Shown: positions 23,703-32,000 of the stretch, in pieces
How positions within the stretch are numbered: position 1 is the stretch's first letter
Layout: each line of letters begins with the position of its first letter
From: Candidatus Caldarchaeales archaeon
GTDB lineage: Archaea; Thermoproteota; Nitrososphaeria_A; Caldarchaeales; Calditenuaceae
NCBI GenBank assembly: GCA_039630085.1
Contig: JBCNVM010000002.1
Coordinates: 101,803-133,802, forward strand
Length of the DNA stretch: 32,000 nt
Reading direction: 5' to 3'
The notes under the pieces: model-generated
Databases searched by the model: none
Told to the model about the DNA's origin: nothing
What the model saw: the letters and a program-made list of their open reading frames with translations, nothing else
Program-made: the position numbers and the translations under genes

Positions 23703-24560
23703 ATGTCGGCGACGGCGCTGCTGAGGCCCAGGGAGAGGAAGTCGAGGGAGATCGAGCTCCTCGCGGAGCTGATGTCCTCGAACCCGGTCGTGATGGTGCT
23801 GGACCTGACAAGGACCAGCGCGAACGTCCTCCACGGCTTCAGGGGCAAGGTCAAAGGGACCGCGACCGTTAGGGTGACGAAAAAGAACCTCGCCGTCAAG
23901 GCGGCCGAGAGGGTGGGGAGAAGGGCGCTGGCGGAGCTCCTCTCGGGGCTGAAGCACCCGGTCGGGCTCGTGCTCTCTCCGAAGAACCCGTTCCTCCTGA
24001 AGCTGGACGTCGACGCCAGCAGGATCCTCACGCCGCCTAAGGCCGGAGAGGTGGCGGACATCGACGTGACGGTCCCGGAGATGAACACAGGAATACCGCC
24101 GGGGCCGATCCTCTCGGAGTTCGGGAAGCTCAGGATACCGACGAAGATCGAGGGAGGGACGATCTGGATCGCGAGGGAGACGGTCGTCGCGAAGAGGGGC
24201 GACGCGATATCGCCGGCCCTCGCCAGCCTCCTCAACAAGCTGGACATCCCCGCGGTCTACAGGGGCCTCAACGTCGTCGCCGCGGTGGACGGGGAGACGG
24301 TGATCCCCGGCGACCAGCTCGCCCTGGACTTCGAGGCGGTGAGGAGGGACGTGGCGTCGTGCCACTCGACAGCGAGGGCGCTCCTGATCGAGCTCGGAAT
24401 CCCCGAGCCCGATGTGATCGCGGACCTCCTGGCGGCTGCCCACGTGAGGGCGATGCGGGTCGCGGCCGAGGCCGGTTACGTCACGCCGGACACGGTCGCT
24501 TCAGTCCTACAGAGGGCCGAGGCGCAGGCGAGGGCGCTGGCGGCGGCTATCGGCCAGTGA
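23703..24560 (+). CDS. rpl10: Large-subunit ribosomal stalk protein uL10 (P0), C-terminally short form
   Basis: 285 aa, collinear with archaeal P0 as I recall it (..VLDLTRTSANVLHGFRGKVKG..VRVTKKNL, GIPPGPILSEFGKLRIPTKIEGGTIWI, AEAGYVTPDTV). Ends at ..ALAAAIGQ without the hinge and acidic tail. Confidence 0.85.
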   Translation: MSATALLRPRERKSREIELLAELMSSNPVVMVLDLTRTSANVLHGFRGKVKGTATVRVTKKNLAVKAAERVGRRALAELLSGLKHPVGLVLSPKNPFLLKLDVDASRILTPPKAGEVADIDVTVPEMNTGIPPGPILSEFGKLRIPTKIEGGTIWIARETVVAKRGDAISPALASLLNKLDIPAVYRGLNVVAAVDGETVIPGDQLALDFEAVRRDVASCHSTARALLIELGIPEPDVIADLLAAAHVRAMRVAAEAGYVTPDTVASVLQRAEAQARALAAAIGQ

Positions 24561-27330
24561 CCTCCTTTATCGCGCCGACGACCTTCCCGTAGAGCTCGCC
24601 GACCTTCAGGCCGTAGGCCTTGAAGCTCAGCTGCCTGAGGCCCGCCTCGACGACGTTGGCGCCCAGAGAGTCCCTCAGCGCGCCGGAGAGTCTCTCTAAG
24701 TCGAGGCCGGCAGACACGGCCTGCCTGTTGAAGGAGATCCACGCCCTGATCGCCTGCCCCTCATGCCTGAAGAGGACGACCACGGTCGGTTCCTGGACGT
24801 TGTTGACCGTCTGGAGCATCTCGGAGACGAGGTCGTCGTTCCTGGTCCGCAGGTAGTCGAAGACCACCTTCACGCCCTTCACAGTCTCCTCCTTCTGGTA
24901 CCTCCTGAGGTCGAGCCAGAGCCTAGCAGCTAGGGCGTAGTGGGACCTGACGCTCGACCTGAGCGACTCGGGGTCTCCGGGGACCTCGGACTCGACCTGC
25001 TCGAGGAACTTCTCCGCGTATAGCTTCAGCTCCCTGTTCTCGCTCCTCAGGCTCTCGAGCTCGCCGCTCAGCTCCGCAACTTGGGACTGGACGTACTCGA
25101 GCGCGGCCGGGCCCGCGGCGAACTCGATCCTCACGACGCCGTCCGCGATCTTCTCGGTCCCTATCACCCTGATGAACCCGACCTCGGCGGTGTTGCTGCA
25201 GTGCGTCCCCCCGCAGGCCTCCGCGTCCCACCCGGGTATGTTCACGACCCTCACGATCCCTGCGGGTGCCTCGCCGCCTTGGTAGAGGGTGAAACCGAAG
25301 GTCCGGTCCGCGACGTTCCTGTGGAGCCAGCTCACCTCGACCGGCAGCCTCCTCGCGACGACCTCGTTGGCGACCCTCTCGATCCTCCTCACCTCCTCCT
25401 CGGTGAGGGCCCTGTAGTGGCTTACGTCGAGCCTGGCCCTCCTCTCCTCCTTCCTCGCGCCCATCTGCCACGCGTGCCTTCCGAGGACCCTCCTCACGGT
25501 CCCGATCAGGACGTGGGTCGCGGTGTGGTGCCTCATGATGCTCAGCCTCCTCTCCCTGTCGACCCTGCCCCTCACGACCTCGCCCGCCTTCGGGAGCGGG
25601 CCCTCGACGAAGTGGACGATCACGCCGTCGTAGGACTGGACGTCTACGACCCTGCAGCTCCCGGAGCCGTGCTCGATCACGCCGGTGTCCGCGACCTGTC
25701 CCCCGCCCTCTGCGTAGAAGCACGTCGCGTCCAGGACGACCATCCCCCTCTCGGCCGCGAGGACCCTCGCCTCGAAGTCGGTCCTGTACTGGTCGGCGTA
25801 GTAGAGCCTCTCGGTCTGGGGGAGCGACTTCGCCAGCGCGGCGGCCATAATGTCCCTCTGGTCGGCCATCTCGGACTTGGGTGACTCGGAGACGTGCATG
25901 CTCGCGACGATCTCCTGGACGTTCTCCGGAGCTTCGACCTCGACGCCCCACTTCGCCGCGACCTCCCTCACCAAGTCAGGGGGGAGGCCCCTCTCGTCGT
26001 AGAGCCTGATCATCGTCTCGGTCGTCACCTTGCCTCCGGTGGACTTGAGCTCCCTCATCGCCCTATCGAGGAAAGCGGTGCCCCTCGCGAGGGTCTCGTT
26101 GAACCTCTTCACCTCGTAGTCGACCAGCTCGAGGACATCGTCGCGGGCCTCAGCGAGCTGCTTGAACCTCCTCCCCCAGTGCCTCAGCTGGACATCGAGG
26201 AGGTCGAGGACCCTCTCCTCCGCGCCTAGCCTCTGGAGCGTCCTGTAGAGCCTTCTGATCAACAGCCTCGCGAGGTAACCGACCCTCGTGTTAGAGGGCA
26301 CGACGCCCTCCGAGAGGATGAACGCTATGCTCTTCGAGTAGTCGAGGGACGCGTAGAACCTCTCGAGGGCCTCCAGGTCCTGGAGGACGGGCTCGAGGTC
26401 GACCCCCGCCAGCTCCGCGGCCCTCCTCCGGGCCTCAGCGATCGTGACGGAGCCGCCGGGCTGGATCCACGCCGAGTACCTTCCGTACCTCAGCAGGAAC
26501 TCCCGGTCGACCGTGAAGGACCCCAGGAGCCTGGCAGCCTCCGGCACCACGGGACCGTAGACGACCTCGAAGGCCGATGGCGCGCCGTTGCTGAGCCAGG
26601 TGAACCTCTCGATGCCGTAGCCGGTGTCGACGGTCCTGACCGGGAGCTCCTCGAGCCCTCCGTCGAGGACCCTGTAGCTCATGAAGACCAGCGTCGCTAC
26701 CTCGAGGCCGCCGACGTTCACCTCGAAGCAGGGGCCGGCGTTGCCGCCTCCGCTCCAGACGCCCTCCTTGTAGACGACGTCATCTTCCCTCACCCCCAGC
26801 CTCCCGAGGAACTCGGAGCAGAGCTCGACGGTCCTGTCCTTCCAGTAGACCTCCTTTCCGGGGAAGTTGAAGGCGTGGGCACCGCCCATCTCGAAGACCG
26901 TCATGTGCCTGCCGAGCGTCAGCCCGACCTTGTCGACGTCGACGAGCCTGATGCAGGGCTGGCTGACCACCAGCGGGTTCGCGGGAGGCTCCATCATCCC
27001 CGACGTGACGTGGGGCTGGAAGTCCACGACGCTAGCGGAGACCAGGTAGAGGTCCCTCCTCCACCTCGGCACCACAGGATACGGGTCGATCGGCTCGTGG
27101 CCCCTCTCCGCGAAGAAGCCGACGAAGGCGTCGCGCATCTCGTCGAGCGTGTAGCTCCTCTCGGTGGGCGGCCTTCCGATGAACTCGTAGGGCACGCAGG
27201 GCGCCTCGTTGCAGTTGTCCCTATCGGGGTCGAGGGTCCAGAAGTGCTTCCCGCAGTGCCTGCACCTCCTCCTCACGAAGCCCCTGGACCTCAGGTACTC
27301 GATGTCGTACGCCGATACGTCGAACTCCAA
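24547..27330 (-). CDS. alaS: Alanyl-tRNA synthetase (archaeal type)
   Basis: 927 aa with a TTG start. N-terminal RGF.RRRC..CGKHFWT motif, catalytic-domain motifs, and editing-domain HHTATH and CGGTHC motifs. Confidence 0.95.
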   Translation of the reverse strand: MEFDVSAYDIEYLRSRGFVRRRCRHCGKHFWTLDPDRDNCNEAPCVPYEFIGRPPTERSYTLDEMRDAFVGFFAERGHEPIDPYPVVPRWRRDLYLVSASVVDFQPHVTSGMMEPPANPLVVSQPCIRLVDVDKVGLTLGRHMTVFEMGGAHAFNFPGKEVYWKDRTVELCSEFLGRLGVREDDVVYKEGVWSGGGNAGPCFEVNVGGLEVATLVFMSYRVLDGGLEELPVRTVDTGYGIERFTWLSNGAPSAFEVVYGPVVPEAARLLGSFTVDREFLLRYGRYSAWIQPGGSVTIAEARRRAAELAGVDLEPVLQDLEALERFYASLDYSKSIAFILSEGVVPSNTRVGYLARLLIRRLYRTLQRLGAEERVLDLLDVQLRHWGRRFKQLAEARDDVLELVDYEVKRFNETLARGTAFLDRAMRELKSTGGKVTTETMIRLYDERGLPPDLVREVAAKWGVEVEAPENVQEIVASMHVSESPKSEMADQRDIMAAALAKSLPQTERLYYADQYRTDFEARVLAAERGMVVLDATCFYAEGGGQVADTGVIEHGSGSCRVVDVQSYDGVIVHFVEGPLPKAGEVVRGRVDRERRLSIMRHHTATHVLIGTVRRVLGRHAWQMGARKEERRARLDVSHYRALTEEEVRRIERVANEVVARRLPVEVSWLHRNVADRTFGFTLYQGGEAPAGIVRVVNIPGWDAEACGGTHCSNTAEVGFIRVIGTEKIADGVVRIEFAAGPAALEYVQSQVAELSGELESLRSENRELKLYAEKFLEQVESEVPGDPESLRSSVRSHYALAARLWLDLRRYQKEETVKGVKVVFDYLRTRNDDLVSEMLQTVNNVQEPTVVVLFRHEGQAIRAWISFNRQAVSAGLDLERLSGALRDSLGANVVEAGLRQLSFKAYGLKVGELYGKVVGAIKEVTGR

Positions 27331-27375
27331 TTCCGACCTACCCCAGAAAATGATGGTATAACGGTTTTCCCCGGG

Positions 27376-27714
27376 TCAGCCGAAGAGGGCCGCGAGCCCG
27401 GAGAGCGCCTCCTCCTCCTTCTTCGCCTCTTCCTCCTTCTTCTTCTCCTCCTTCGGGGCCTCCGCGGCCGGTGCGGCCGGCGCGGCCTGGGCGGCGGCCA
27501 CCGGAGCGGCCACGACCGGAGCGGCCACGACCGGAGCGGCTGCGGCGGACTTGAGCACCTCGTCGATGTTGATGCCCTGCAGCGCCGCGACTAAGGACTT
27601 CAGCCTGACCTCGTCGACGACGCCTCCCGCGGCCTCGATCACCCTCCTGAGCCCCTGCTCGTCGATCGGCTTCCCGAGCCTGTGGAGCAGCAGCGCCGCG
27701 TACACGTACTCCAT
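27376..27714 (-). CDS. rpl12: Ribosomal stalk protein P1 (archaeal L12)
   Basis: 112 aa. [12 protein letters not shown]-terminus, A/P/V-rich hinge, K/E-rich segment and the conserved C-terminal [12 protein letters not shown]. Confidence 0.9.
   Translation of the reverse strand: MEYVYAALLLHRLGKPIDEQGLRRVIEAAGGVVDEVRLKSLVAALQGINIDEVLKSAAAAPVVAAPVVAAPVAAAQAAPAAPAAEAPKEEKKKEEEAKKEEEALSGLAALFG
27492..27541. repeat. 15-bp tandem repeat (about 3.3 copies of CCGGAGCGGCCACGA) inside rpl12
   Basis: The sequence reads directly as ..GCGGCCAC CCGGAGCGGCCACGA CCGGAGCGGCCACGA CCGGAGCGGCT.. It encodes the (AAPVV)n hinge of P1. Confidence 0.8.
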
Positions 27715-27872
27715 GACCCGATACCTCCTACTCGTAACACCTCGTCCGAAATATTACTGTATACCGATGAGGCGGCCGCTTCGGTCGTCATGTCCGCTGC
27801 GGTCCTTCCGATGACCGAGCTCAGCGGCGTTTGCTTTAAAAGGTGGGCGTTTTCTGGAGTTCACGAACGACC

Positions 27873-28169
27873 ATGAGATGGAACCACGTGTTACCGTTGG
27901 CGTTGATGGGCCTGCTGTCGGTCGTGCCGGTCGCCTTCGCAGCTGAGGCGGCTCCCGCGGGTCTCATCGACAAGTCGCTCTCCGCGGCGATCGCCTTCGC
28001 GGTCGCGGTCGCCGCCTCGGGCTTCGCGATCTCTAGGGCTGGGTCAGCCGGCCTCGCCGCGTCAGCAGAGAGGCCCGAGCTGAGGACCGTGACGATCATC
28101 ATCGCGGCGTTCGCGGAGGCGCTGGCGATCTACGGGATCGCGATCGCGTTCGTCATCCTGACCTCCTGA
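27873..28169 (+). CDS. atpK: A-type (A1Ao) ATP synthase proteolipid subunit K/c
   Basis: 98 aa from ATG 27873. Hydrophobic hairpin with AERPELRTVTIIIAAFAEALAIYGIAIAF (conserved carboxylate Glu in the last helix), plus an N-terminal hydrophobic extension. Confidence 0.8.
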   Translation: MRWNHVLPLALMGLLSVVPVAFAAEAAPAGLIDKSLSAAIAFAVAVAASGFAISRAGSAGLAASAERPELRTVTIIIAAFAEALAIYGIAIAFVILTS

Positions 28170-28174
28170 GATCC

Positions 28175-28191
28175 CTGAAGTCCGTCGGCGG
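28175..28191 (+). repeat. 17-nt exact direct copy (CTGAAGTCCGTCGGCGG) of tRNA-Phe anticodon loop + intron (second copy 28277-28293)
   Basis: Exact 17/17 identity read from the sequence. Flanking bases differ on both sides. Confidence 0.9.
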
Positions 28192-28214
28192 ATTTCTGCG
28201 TCCTCCGGAACAAA

Positions 28215-28225
28215 CTTAAATCGAT
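28215..28225 (+). promoter_or_regulatory. Putative tRNA promoter (CTTAAATCGAT)
   Basis: TAAATCGAT (28217-28225) lies 30 nt upstream of tRNA-Phe. The same 9-mer occurs upstream of tRNA-Gln. Confidence 0.4.
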
Positions 28226-28246
28226 GACGAGGTTCTGTGATCTCAG

Positions 28247-28331
28247 GCCCCGGTAGCTCAGCGGGAGAGCGACCGGCTGAAGTCCGTCGGCGGGGACCGG
28301 TAGGTCGTGGGTTCAAGTCCCACCCGGGGCA
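28247..28331 (+). tRNA. tRNA-Phe (anticodon GAA) with a 13-nt intron at 37/38 (28283-28295)
   Basis: Acceptor GCCCCGG/CCGGGGC with A73. D-arm GCTC-AGCGGGA-GAGC. Anticodon stem ACCGG/CCGGT with loop CTGAAG[intron]A. Variable loop AGGTC. T-arm GTGGG-TTCAAGT-CCCAC. Confidence 0.85.
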
Positions 28332-28380
28332 CGCGGGGCGCGCTCGCAAAGTTTTAACCGGGAGGAGCGGTGAGGTCTGT

Positions 28381-28815
28381 GTGCCGCTCTTCAAGAGGAC
28401 CGAGAGGGCTGTCGCGATCAGGACGGCCGACCTGATGAGCGCGCCGCCGATCACGCTGAGCACCGACGCGAAGATCGACGATGTCCCCGGCGTGATGTGG
28501 GAGAACGGCGTGGGGAGCGTGCTGATAGTTGACCAGAGGGGGAAGCTGGTGGGGATCGTGACCGAGAGGGACGTGCTCTACGCGGCCTCGCACGGGCTCC
28601 TGGGGAAGGGCCGACCCGTCAGCGCGGTTATGTCGAAGGACCTGACCGTTGCGACCCCTGACGAGGACTTAGCCTCCGTGATAGAAAAGATGCGGGACTA
28701 CAACGTCAGGCACATCCCGGTCGTCGACAGCGAGGGCAGGCCGGTCGGCGTCGTCTCCGCGAGGGACGTCCTGGACTACGCCGTCAAGCTGATCAGCCTC
28801 TTCATGAGAGCCTAG
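28381..28815 (+). CDS. CBS-domain pair protein
   Basis: 144 aa from GTG 28381, preceded by GGAGGAGCGGTGAGG; ATG 28435 is an alternative start. Two CBS repeats (LMSAPPITL..VLIVDQRGKLVGIVTERDVL; VMSKDLTVATPD..HIPVVDSEGRPVGVVSARDVL). The ORF-track start 28237 overlaps the tRNA and is rejected. Confidence 0.75.
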   Translation: MPLFKRTERAVAIRTADLMSAPPITLSTDAKIDDVPGVMWENGVGSVLIVDQRGKLVGIVTERDVLYAASHGLLGKGRPVSAVMSKDLTVATPDEDLASVIEKMRDYNVRHIPVVDSEGRPVGVVSARDVLDYAVKLISLFMRA

Positions 28816-30580
28816 GCAGAGCCTCTAGGATCCACGTGAAGCTGGCCTCCCTGTAGGCCCTCCTGTAACCCCTCAGCAGATCGGTGATAGGGCAGACCAT
28901 CCCCGCGTGAGCCCCGTCCGGCAGCGGCTCGTCCGTGAACCTCCTCGGCAGCCCGTCGGCCTCCTCGCCTATCCCGTAGGCCCTGTTGACGTATCTCTCC
29001 ATCGCGAGCACTGCCTCGCCTATCTCCGCGAGGCGTCGGTCGTCGAACTCGACGCCGAAGAACGCCGAGCAGCCTTCAGCGTAGTCGCGGGGGTCCATCG
29101 CAAGCCTCGAGAACGCGCAGACGCCGAGCGAGTCCAGCCATGCCACCTCGACCCTCTTCGCGTGGACCCTTTCGGCGAGAGTTTTGGCATCGGGGCCGTC
29201 CCGGTAGACCGTCTCGATCCCGAAGTCCCCGAAGCTCCTGATCAGGTTCGGATAGACCCAGATGTGAGCGGCTCCTCCGTAGGACTCGACGGCGTTGATC
29301 AGGCCCCACGCCGGCTCGGCCCTCGGGTCGGTGTTCTGGACGGAGATGCCCTTGACCGAGGGAGCCGCGTGTACGTCGCCGTAGTGCTGCGCGGTCCTCA
29401 AGGCACCTCCAGAGAGGACCTCCCCGACGCCGGTCCCCGAGGCCATCGAGCCTATCAGCTCGGCCATCCTCCTCCAGTCGCCCCACTCGAGCTGCTCCTC
29501 GGTCAGGCCCCTCTCTGAGAGCTCTGCGAGGACCGCGAGCGCGTTGCCGGCCTCGATCGGGTCGACTCCTGCGTCGTAGCAGAGCTGCGTGAGGTACGAG
29601 ACCTTCTCGAGGTCCAAGACCAGACAGTTGGTCCCCAGCGAGGAGATCTGCGCGTAGTCCGGGCCCTCGCCCCTCAGCCCGAGGGCGACGGTCTCCCTCC
29701 TGCAGGAGACCTGGCAGGTCGAGCACGTCAGCCTCCTCACGAGGACCGTCGAGGAGAGCCTCTTACCGCCGACCAGCTCGTGGTCCCTGAGCGTGCTCCT
29801 GCTGTAGTTCTTTACGGGGACCGCGTCGTGCCTGCCTAGGGCCTCGACGGCGATCGCGGTCCCGTGGACCGCCAAGAGTCCTCTCTGGAGGTTGAGCAAG
29901 CTGGAGGCCTCGACCTTGGCCCTCAGGGACCTCGAGAGCTTGCTGAACCTAGTCGGCTGGGCCGGAGCCCTCGAGAACCTCCTCCCGGCCTTGATCGCGA
30001 TCGCCTTGACGTTCTTCGAGCCGAGCACCGCCCCCGCTCCGTGCCTGACGCCGCTCGACCTCCCCGAGTCGTTGACGACCGTCGCGATCGGCGCTGCCCT
30101 CTCGCCCGCGGGACCTATCGCGATCACCCTGGCGTCACCGAGCTCCGACCTCAGAGCCCTGCAAGTCTCCACGGCCCCCAGGCCCCTGAGCCGCTCCGCG
30201 TCGACGAACTTCACGCCCTCAGGCGTCAGGAGCAGAACGCAGAGCGACTCGGACCTGCCGGTGACGTAGAGGGCCGCGATGCCCAGCGACGCTAGGTCGG
30301 TCGCTGCGTATCCGCCGGTCATCGCCCACGCCACGGTCCCCGTGAGGGGGGACCTGAACGCGAGCGTCAGCCTGTTGCCGAGCGGAAACCCGGTCCCGGA
30401 GAGGCTCCCGACCGAGACGACCAGCGGGCTCTCGGGGTCCAGCGGGTCCCTGAAGGTCAGGTTGCGGGCGAGCAGGCCGACGCCGATGCACCTTCCGCCG
30501 AGGACGCCCTCTGTGACTAGGTGGTTGACATCGTGGGCCTCGAAGGACCTCTCCCCGAGGTCAACCCTGATCACCTTCAA
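28802..30580 (-). CDS. aor: Aldehyde:ferredoxin oxidoreductase family (tungstopterin enzyme)
   Basis: 592 aa. N-terminal AFOR_N pattern (MKVIRVDLGERSF....), GGRCIG.. LLA, and C-terminal DSLGVCAF and LPRRF motifs typical of the AOR family. Confidence 0.9.
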   Translation of the reverse strand: MKVIRVDLGERSFEAHDVNHLVTEGVLGGRCIGVGLLARNLTFRDPLDPESPLVVSVGSLSGTGFPLGNRLTLAFRSPLTGTVAWAMTGGYAATDLASLGIAALYVTGRSESLCVLLLTPEGVKFVDAERLRGLGAVETCRALRSELGDARVIAIGPAGERAAPIATVVNDSGRSSGVRHGAGAVLGSKNVKAIAIKAGRRFSRAPAQPTRFSKLSRSLRAKVEASSLLNLQRGLLAVHGTAIAVEALGRHDAVPVKNYSRSTLRDHELVGGKRLSSTVLVRRLTCSTCQVSCRRETVALGLRGEGPDYAQISSLGTNCLVLDLEKVSYLTQLCYDAGVDPIEAGNALAVLAELSERGLTEEQLEWGDWRRMAELIGSMASGTGVGEVLSGGALRTAQHYGDVHAAPSVKGISVQNTDPRAEPAWGLINAVESYGGAAHIWVYPNLIRSFGDFGIETVYRDGPDAKTLAERVHAKRVEVAWLDSLGVCAFSRLAMDPRDYAEGCSAFFGVEFDDRRLAEIGEAVLAMERYVNRAYGIGEEADGLPRRFTDEPLPDGAHAGMVCPITDLLRGYRRAYREASFTWILEALPRLS

Positions 30581-30631
30581 CGCCGCACCGAGGAGCGACC
30601 AGGGTCTGAAAAACGTGTCAGGGCTCCGCGA

Positions 30632-31549
30632 CTACGGGATAAGGACCGGGGATCCGTCCCTGATGACCCTGTAGCCCCGGTCGTGGATCGCGGAGTAAAC
30701 CCTCGCCAAGTGGACCATGGCCCTGTGGGTCTCGCCGGAGTAGAACCTCAGCGGTCCCTTCACCCTCTCGCGGAGAACCGCGTCGACCTCCTCCGATGAC
30801 ATGGAGCCGCAGTCCCTCGACTTCGACCCCACGACGAAGCCCCAGAGCGAGGCGAAGGAGAGGACGTAAGCGGCCAAGGGCGTGACGGACGGGAAGACCG
30901 ACTTCACAGTCTCGAGGACCGACCTGAAGGCGAAGGGGTTGTGGGCGATCGAGGTCGCTTGGGTCACGAGCACCCCGTCCCCGGAGAGCTTCTCGAACGC
31001 GGTCCTGTAGAACTCGACGCTGTAGAGCGGCAGCGAGGCGGCGCCCTCGGTCGGGTCGGTGGCGTCGACGACGATCACGTCGTAGCTTCCGTCGGCCGCG
31101 GAGCTCAGGTAGCCCCTTCCCTCGGCGATGACCAGCCTGAGCCTCGGGTCCTCGAAGGCGCCCCCGCTGAGCTCGGGCATGTGCCTCCTGCTCAGCTCGA
31201 CGACCTCGCCGTCGATGTCGACCATCTCGACCTCCTCGACCGTCCTCCACCTGAGCACCTCGCGGGCCGTAGCGCCCTCGCCTCCGCCGATCACGAGGAC
31301 CCTCCTGGGCTCGGGGGCCGTGACCATCGCCGGGTGAACGAGGCCCTCGTGGTAGACGAACTCATCGATGAGGGCCGACTGGATCTTCCCGTCGATCACG
31401 AGGCACCTGCCGTAGGGAACAGTCTCCAGCACGTGGACGTCCTGGAACTTGGTGGAGGCCCTGACCAGAACCCTCTTAACGGCGTAGAGCTCCACGAGGC
31501 CCTCCGAGAGCGACTCGGAGGCCCAGAGGAAGTGGCCCTCCAAGCTCAC
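30632..31549 (-). CDS. speE: Spermidine synthase / polyamine aminopropyltransferase
   Basis: 305 aa. VLVIGGGEGATAREVLR and MVDIDGEVVELSRRHMP motifs. The start overlaps the speH stop by 4 nt. Confidence 0.9.
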   Translation of the reverse strand: MSLEGHFLWASESLSEGLVELYAVKRVLVRASTKFQDVHVLETVPYGRCLVIDGKIQSALIDEFVYHEGLVHPAMVTAPEPRRVLVIGGGEGATAREVLRWRTVEEVEMVDIDGEVVELSRRHMPELSGGAFEDPRLRLVIAEGRGYLSSAADGSYDVIVVDATDPTEGAASLPLYSVEFYRTAFEKLSGDGVLVTQATSIAHNPFAFRSVLETVKSVFPSVTPLAAYVLSFASLWGFVVGSKSRDCGSMSSEEVDAVLRERVKGPLRFYSGETHRAMVHLARVYSAIHDRGYRVIRDGSPVLIP

Positions 31550-31980
31550 TCCCTTACCGCGACCTTCACCTCGTCGTCGGCCTTTGCGTCTCTGCTAAGG
31601 AGGCCCCGCCGGATCTCCATCACGCTGACGCTCTTCGGGTTTAGCGTCCTCACGACTTCGTCGAAGGCTGCCCAGGGGTCGACGTGGTCGCCGCAGGTGT
31701 AGATGTCCACCGCGGCGTACGAGTGCTCCGGCCACGTGTGGACCGAGAGGTGGCTCTCCTTCACAACCAGAACATAGGAGACCCCGCCCCCGCCCTCGTA
31801 CTTGTTCGCGAACTCGCCGACCGGGGTGGCTCCCGCCCTCTTAGCGCCCCTCCTGACCGCCGAGGAGACGACCTTGACGTCCGCCAGAAGGGCTGGGTCG
31901 CACCCGTAGAGCTCCCCGATCAGATGCCGACCGAGACCGTCGTAGGTATGAACGCGTCGTCCCTGGCTCCCAGCCCCCAT
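31546..31980 (-). CDS. speH: S-adenosylmethionine decarboxylase proenzyme (pyruvoyl-dependent, SpeH type)
   Basis: 144 aa. LGRHLIGELYGC N-terminal motif, the self-cleavage site KESHLSVHTWPE, and YAAVDIYTCG. Confidence 0.85.
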   Translation of the reverse strand: MGAGSQGRRVHTYDGLGRHLIGELYGCDPALLADVKVVSSAVRRGAKRAGATPVGEFANKYEGGGGVSYVLVVKESHLSVHTWPEHSYAAVDIYTCGDHVDPWAAFDEVVRTLNPKSVSVMEIRRGLLSRDAKADDEVKVAVRE

Positions 31981-32000
31981 TTTTCGGTTTATAAGGAAAC

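Noticed and set aside
23645-24443. Minus-strand ORFs 23645-24247 and 23673-24443 antisense to rpl10
   Set aside because: Shadow frames with no motifs. The + frame is collinear with archaeal P0.
24923-25951. 342-aa minus-strand off-frame ORF, and the 267-aa + ORF 25081-25884, within alaS
   Set aside because: R/G/E-rich low-complexity translations inside a 927-aa AlaRS with intact catalytic and editing motifs.
27492-27541. Short tandem repeats as a possible CRISPR or minisatellite
   Set aside because: The 15-bp units are contiguous, with no spacers, and are in frame within rpl12, encoding the (AAPVV)n hinge. This is an ordinary low-complexity linker.
27760-27830. Two CCGATGA motifs (27764-27770, 27808-27814) in the rpl12/atpK divergent spacer as a possible C/D sRNA
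   Set aside because: No CUGA D/D' boxes lie at the required about 12-nt spacing on either strand (only CTCA), and there is no terminal stem. This is more likely promoter-region sequence.
28237-28380. N-terminal extension of the CBS-domain ORF
   Set aside because: It overlaps tRNA-Phe (28247-28331). A GTG at 28381 with an upstream GGAGG/GGTGAGG motif gives a normal CBS-pair protein.
30618-31702. ORFs 30618-31250 (-) and 30941-31702 (+) overlapping speE/speH
   Set aside because: Shadow frames with biased composition. speE and speH are clearly identified in the other frames.

Overview
This is a high-GC (by eye about two-thirds G+C) archaeal chromosomal segment, densely packed with housekeeping genes on both strands. 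Several features suggest a thermophilic TACK/Thermoproteota-like archaeon (inference only): a tRNA with a non-canonical D-loop intron, GGTGA-type Shine-Dalgarno motifs, TFS, P0/P1 stalk proteins, a ThiDN fusion and an A-type ATPase proteolipid. I call 33 protein-coding genes (one partial), two intron-containing tRNAs (Gln-UUG with two introns, Phe-GAA with one) and one candidate RNase P RNA. The many long R/G/P/E-rich ORFs in the track are shadow frames of real genes. I saw no CRISPR array, transposase, integrase, toxin-antitoxin pair or recognisable defence gene, and I cannot point to a clear new multi-gene system. The observations most worth a second look are: (1) a full-length methanogen-type (type-2) seryl-tRNA synthetase in a respiratory, non-methanogen-like context; (2) an HMG-CoA reductase whose conserved N-terminus has no canonical start codon and abuts the serS stop; (3) a metal-type ABC importer whose TroA/ZnuA-like binding domain is fused to the permease and seems to lack the canonical His ligands; (4) an isocitrate lyase / PrpD / citrate synthase operon with an embedded nucleoside phosphorylase; (5) a ribosomal P0 lacking the acidic C-terminal tail and separated from P1 by alaS; (6) an orphan nuoA-nuoH pair; (7) a compact structured RNA (RNase P RNA candidate); (8) a 17-nt exact copy of the tRNA-Phe anticodon-loop/intron about 100 nt upstream of the gene. 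All homology statements rest on motif recognition from memory, not database searches.
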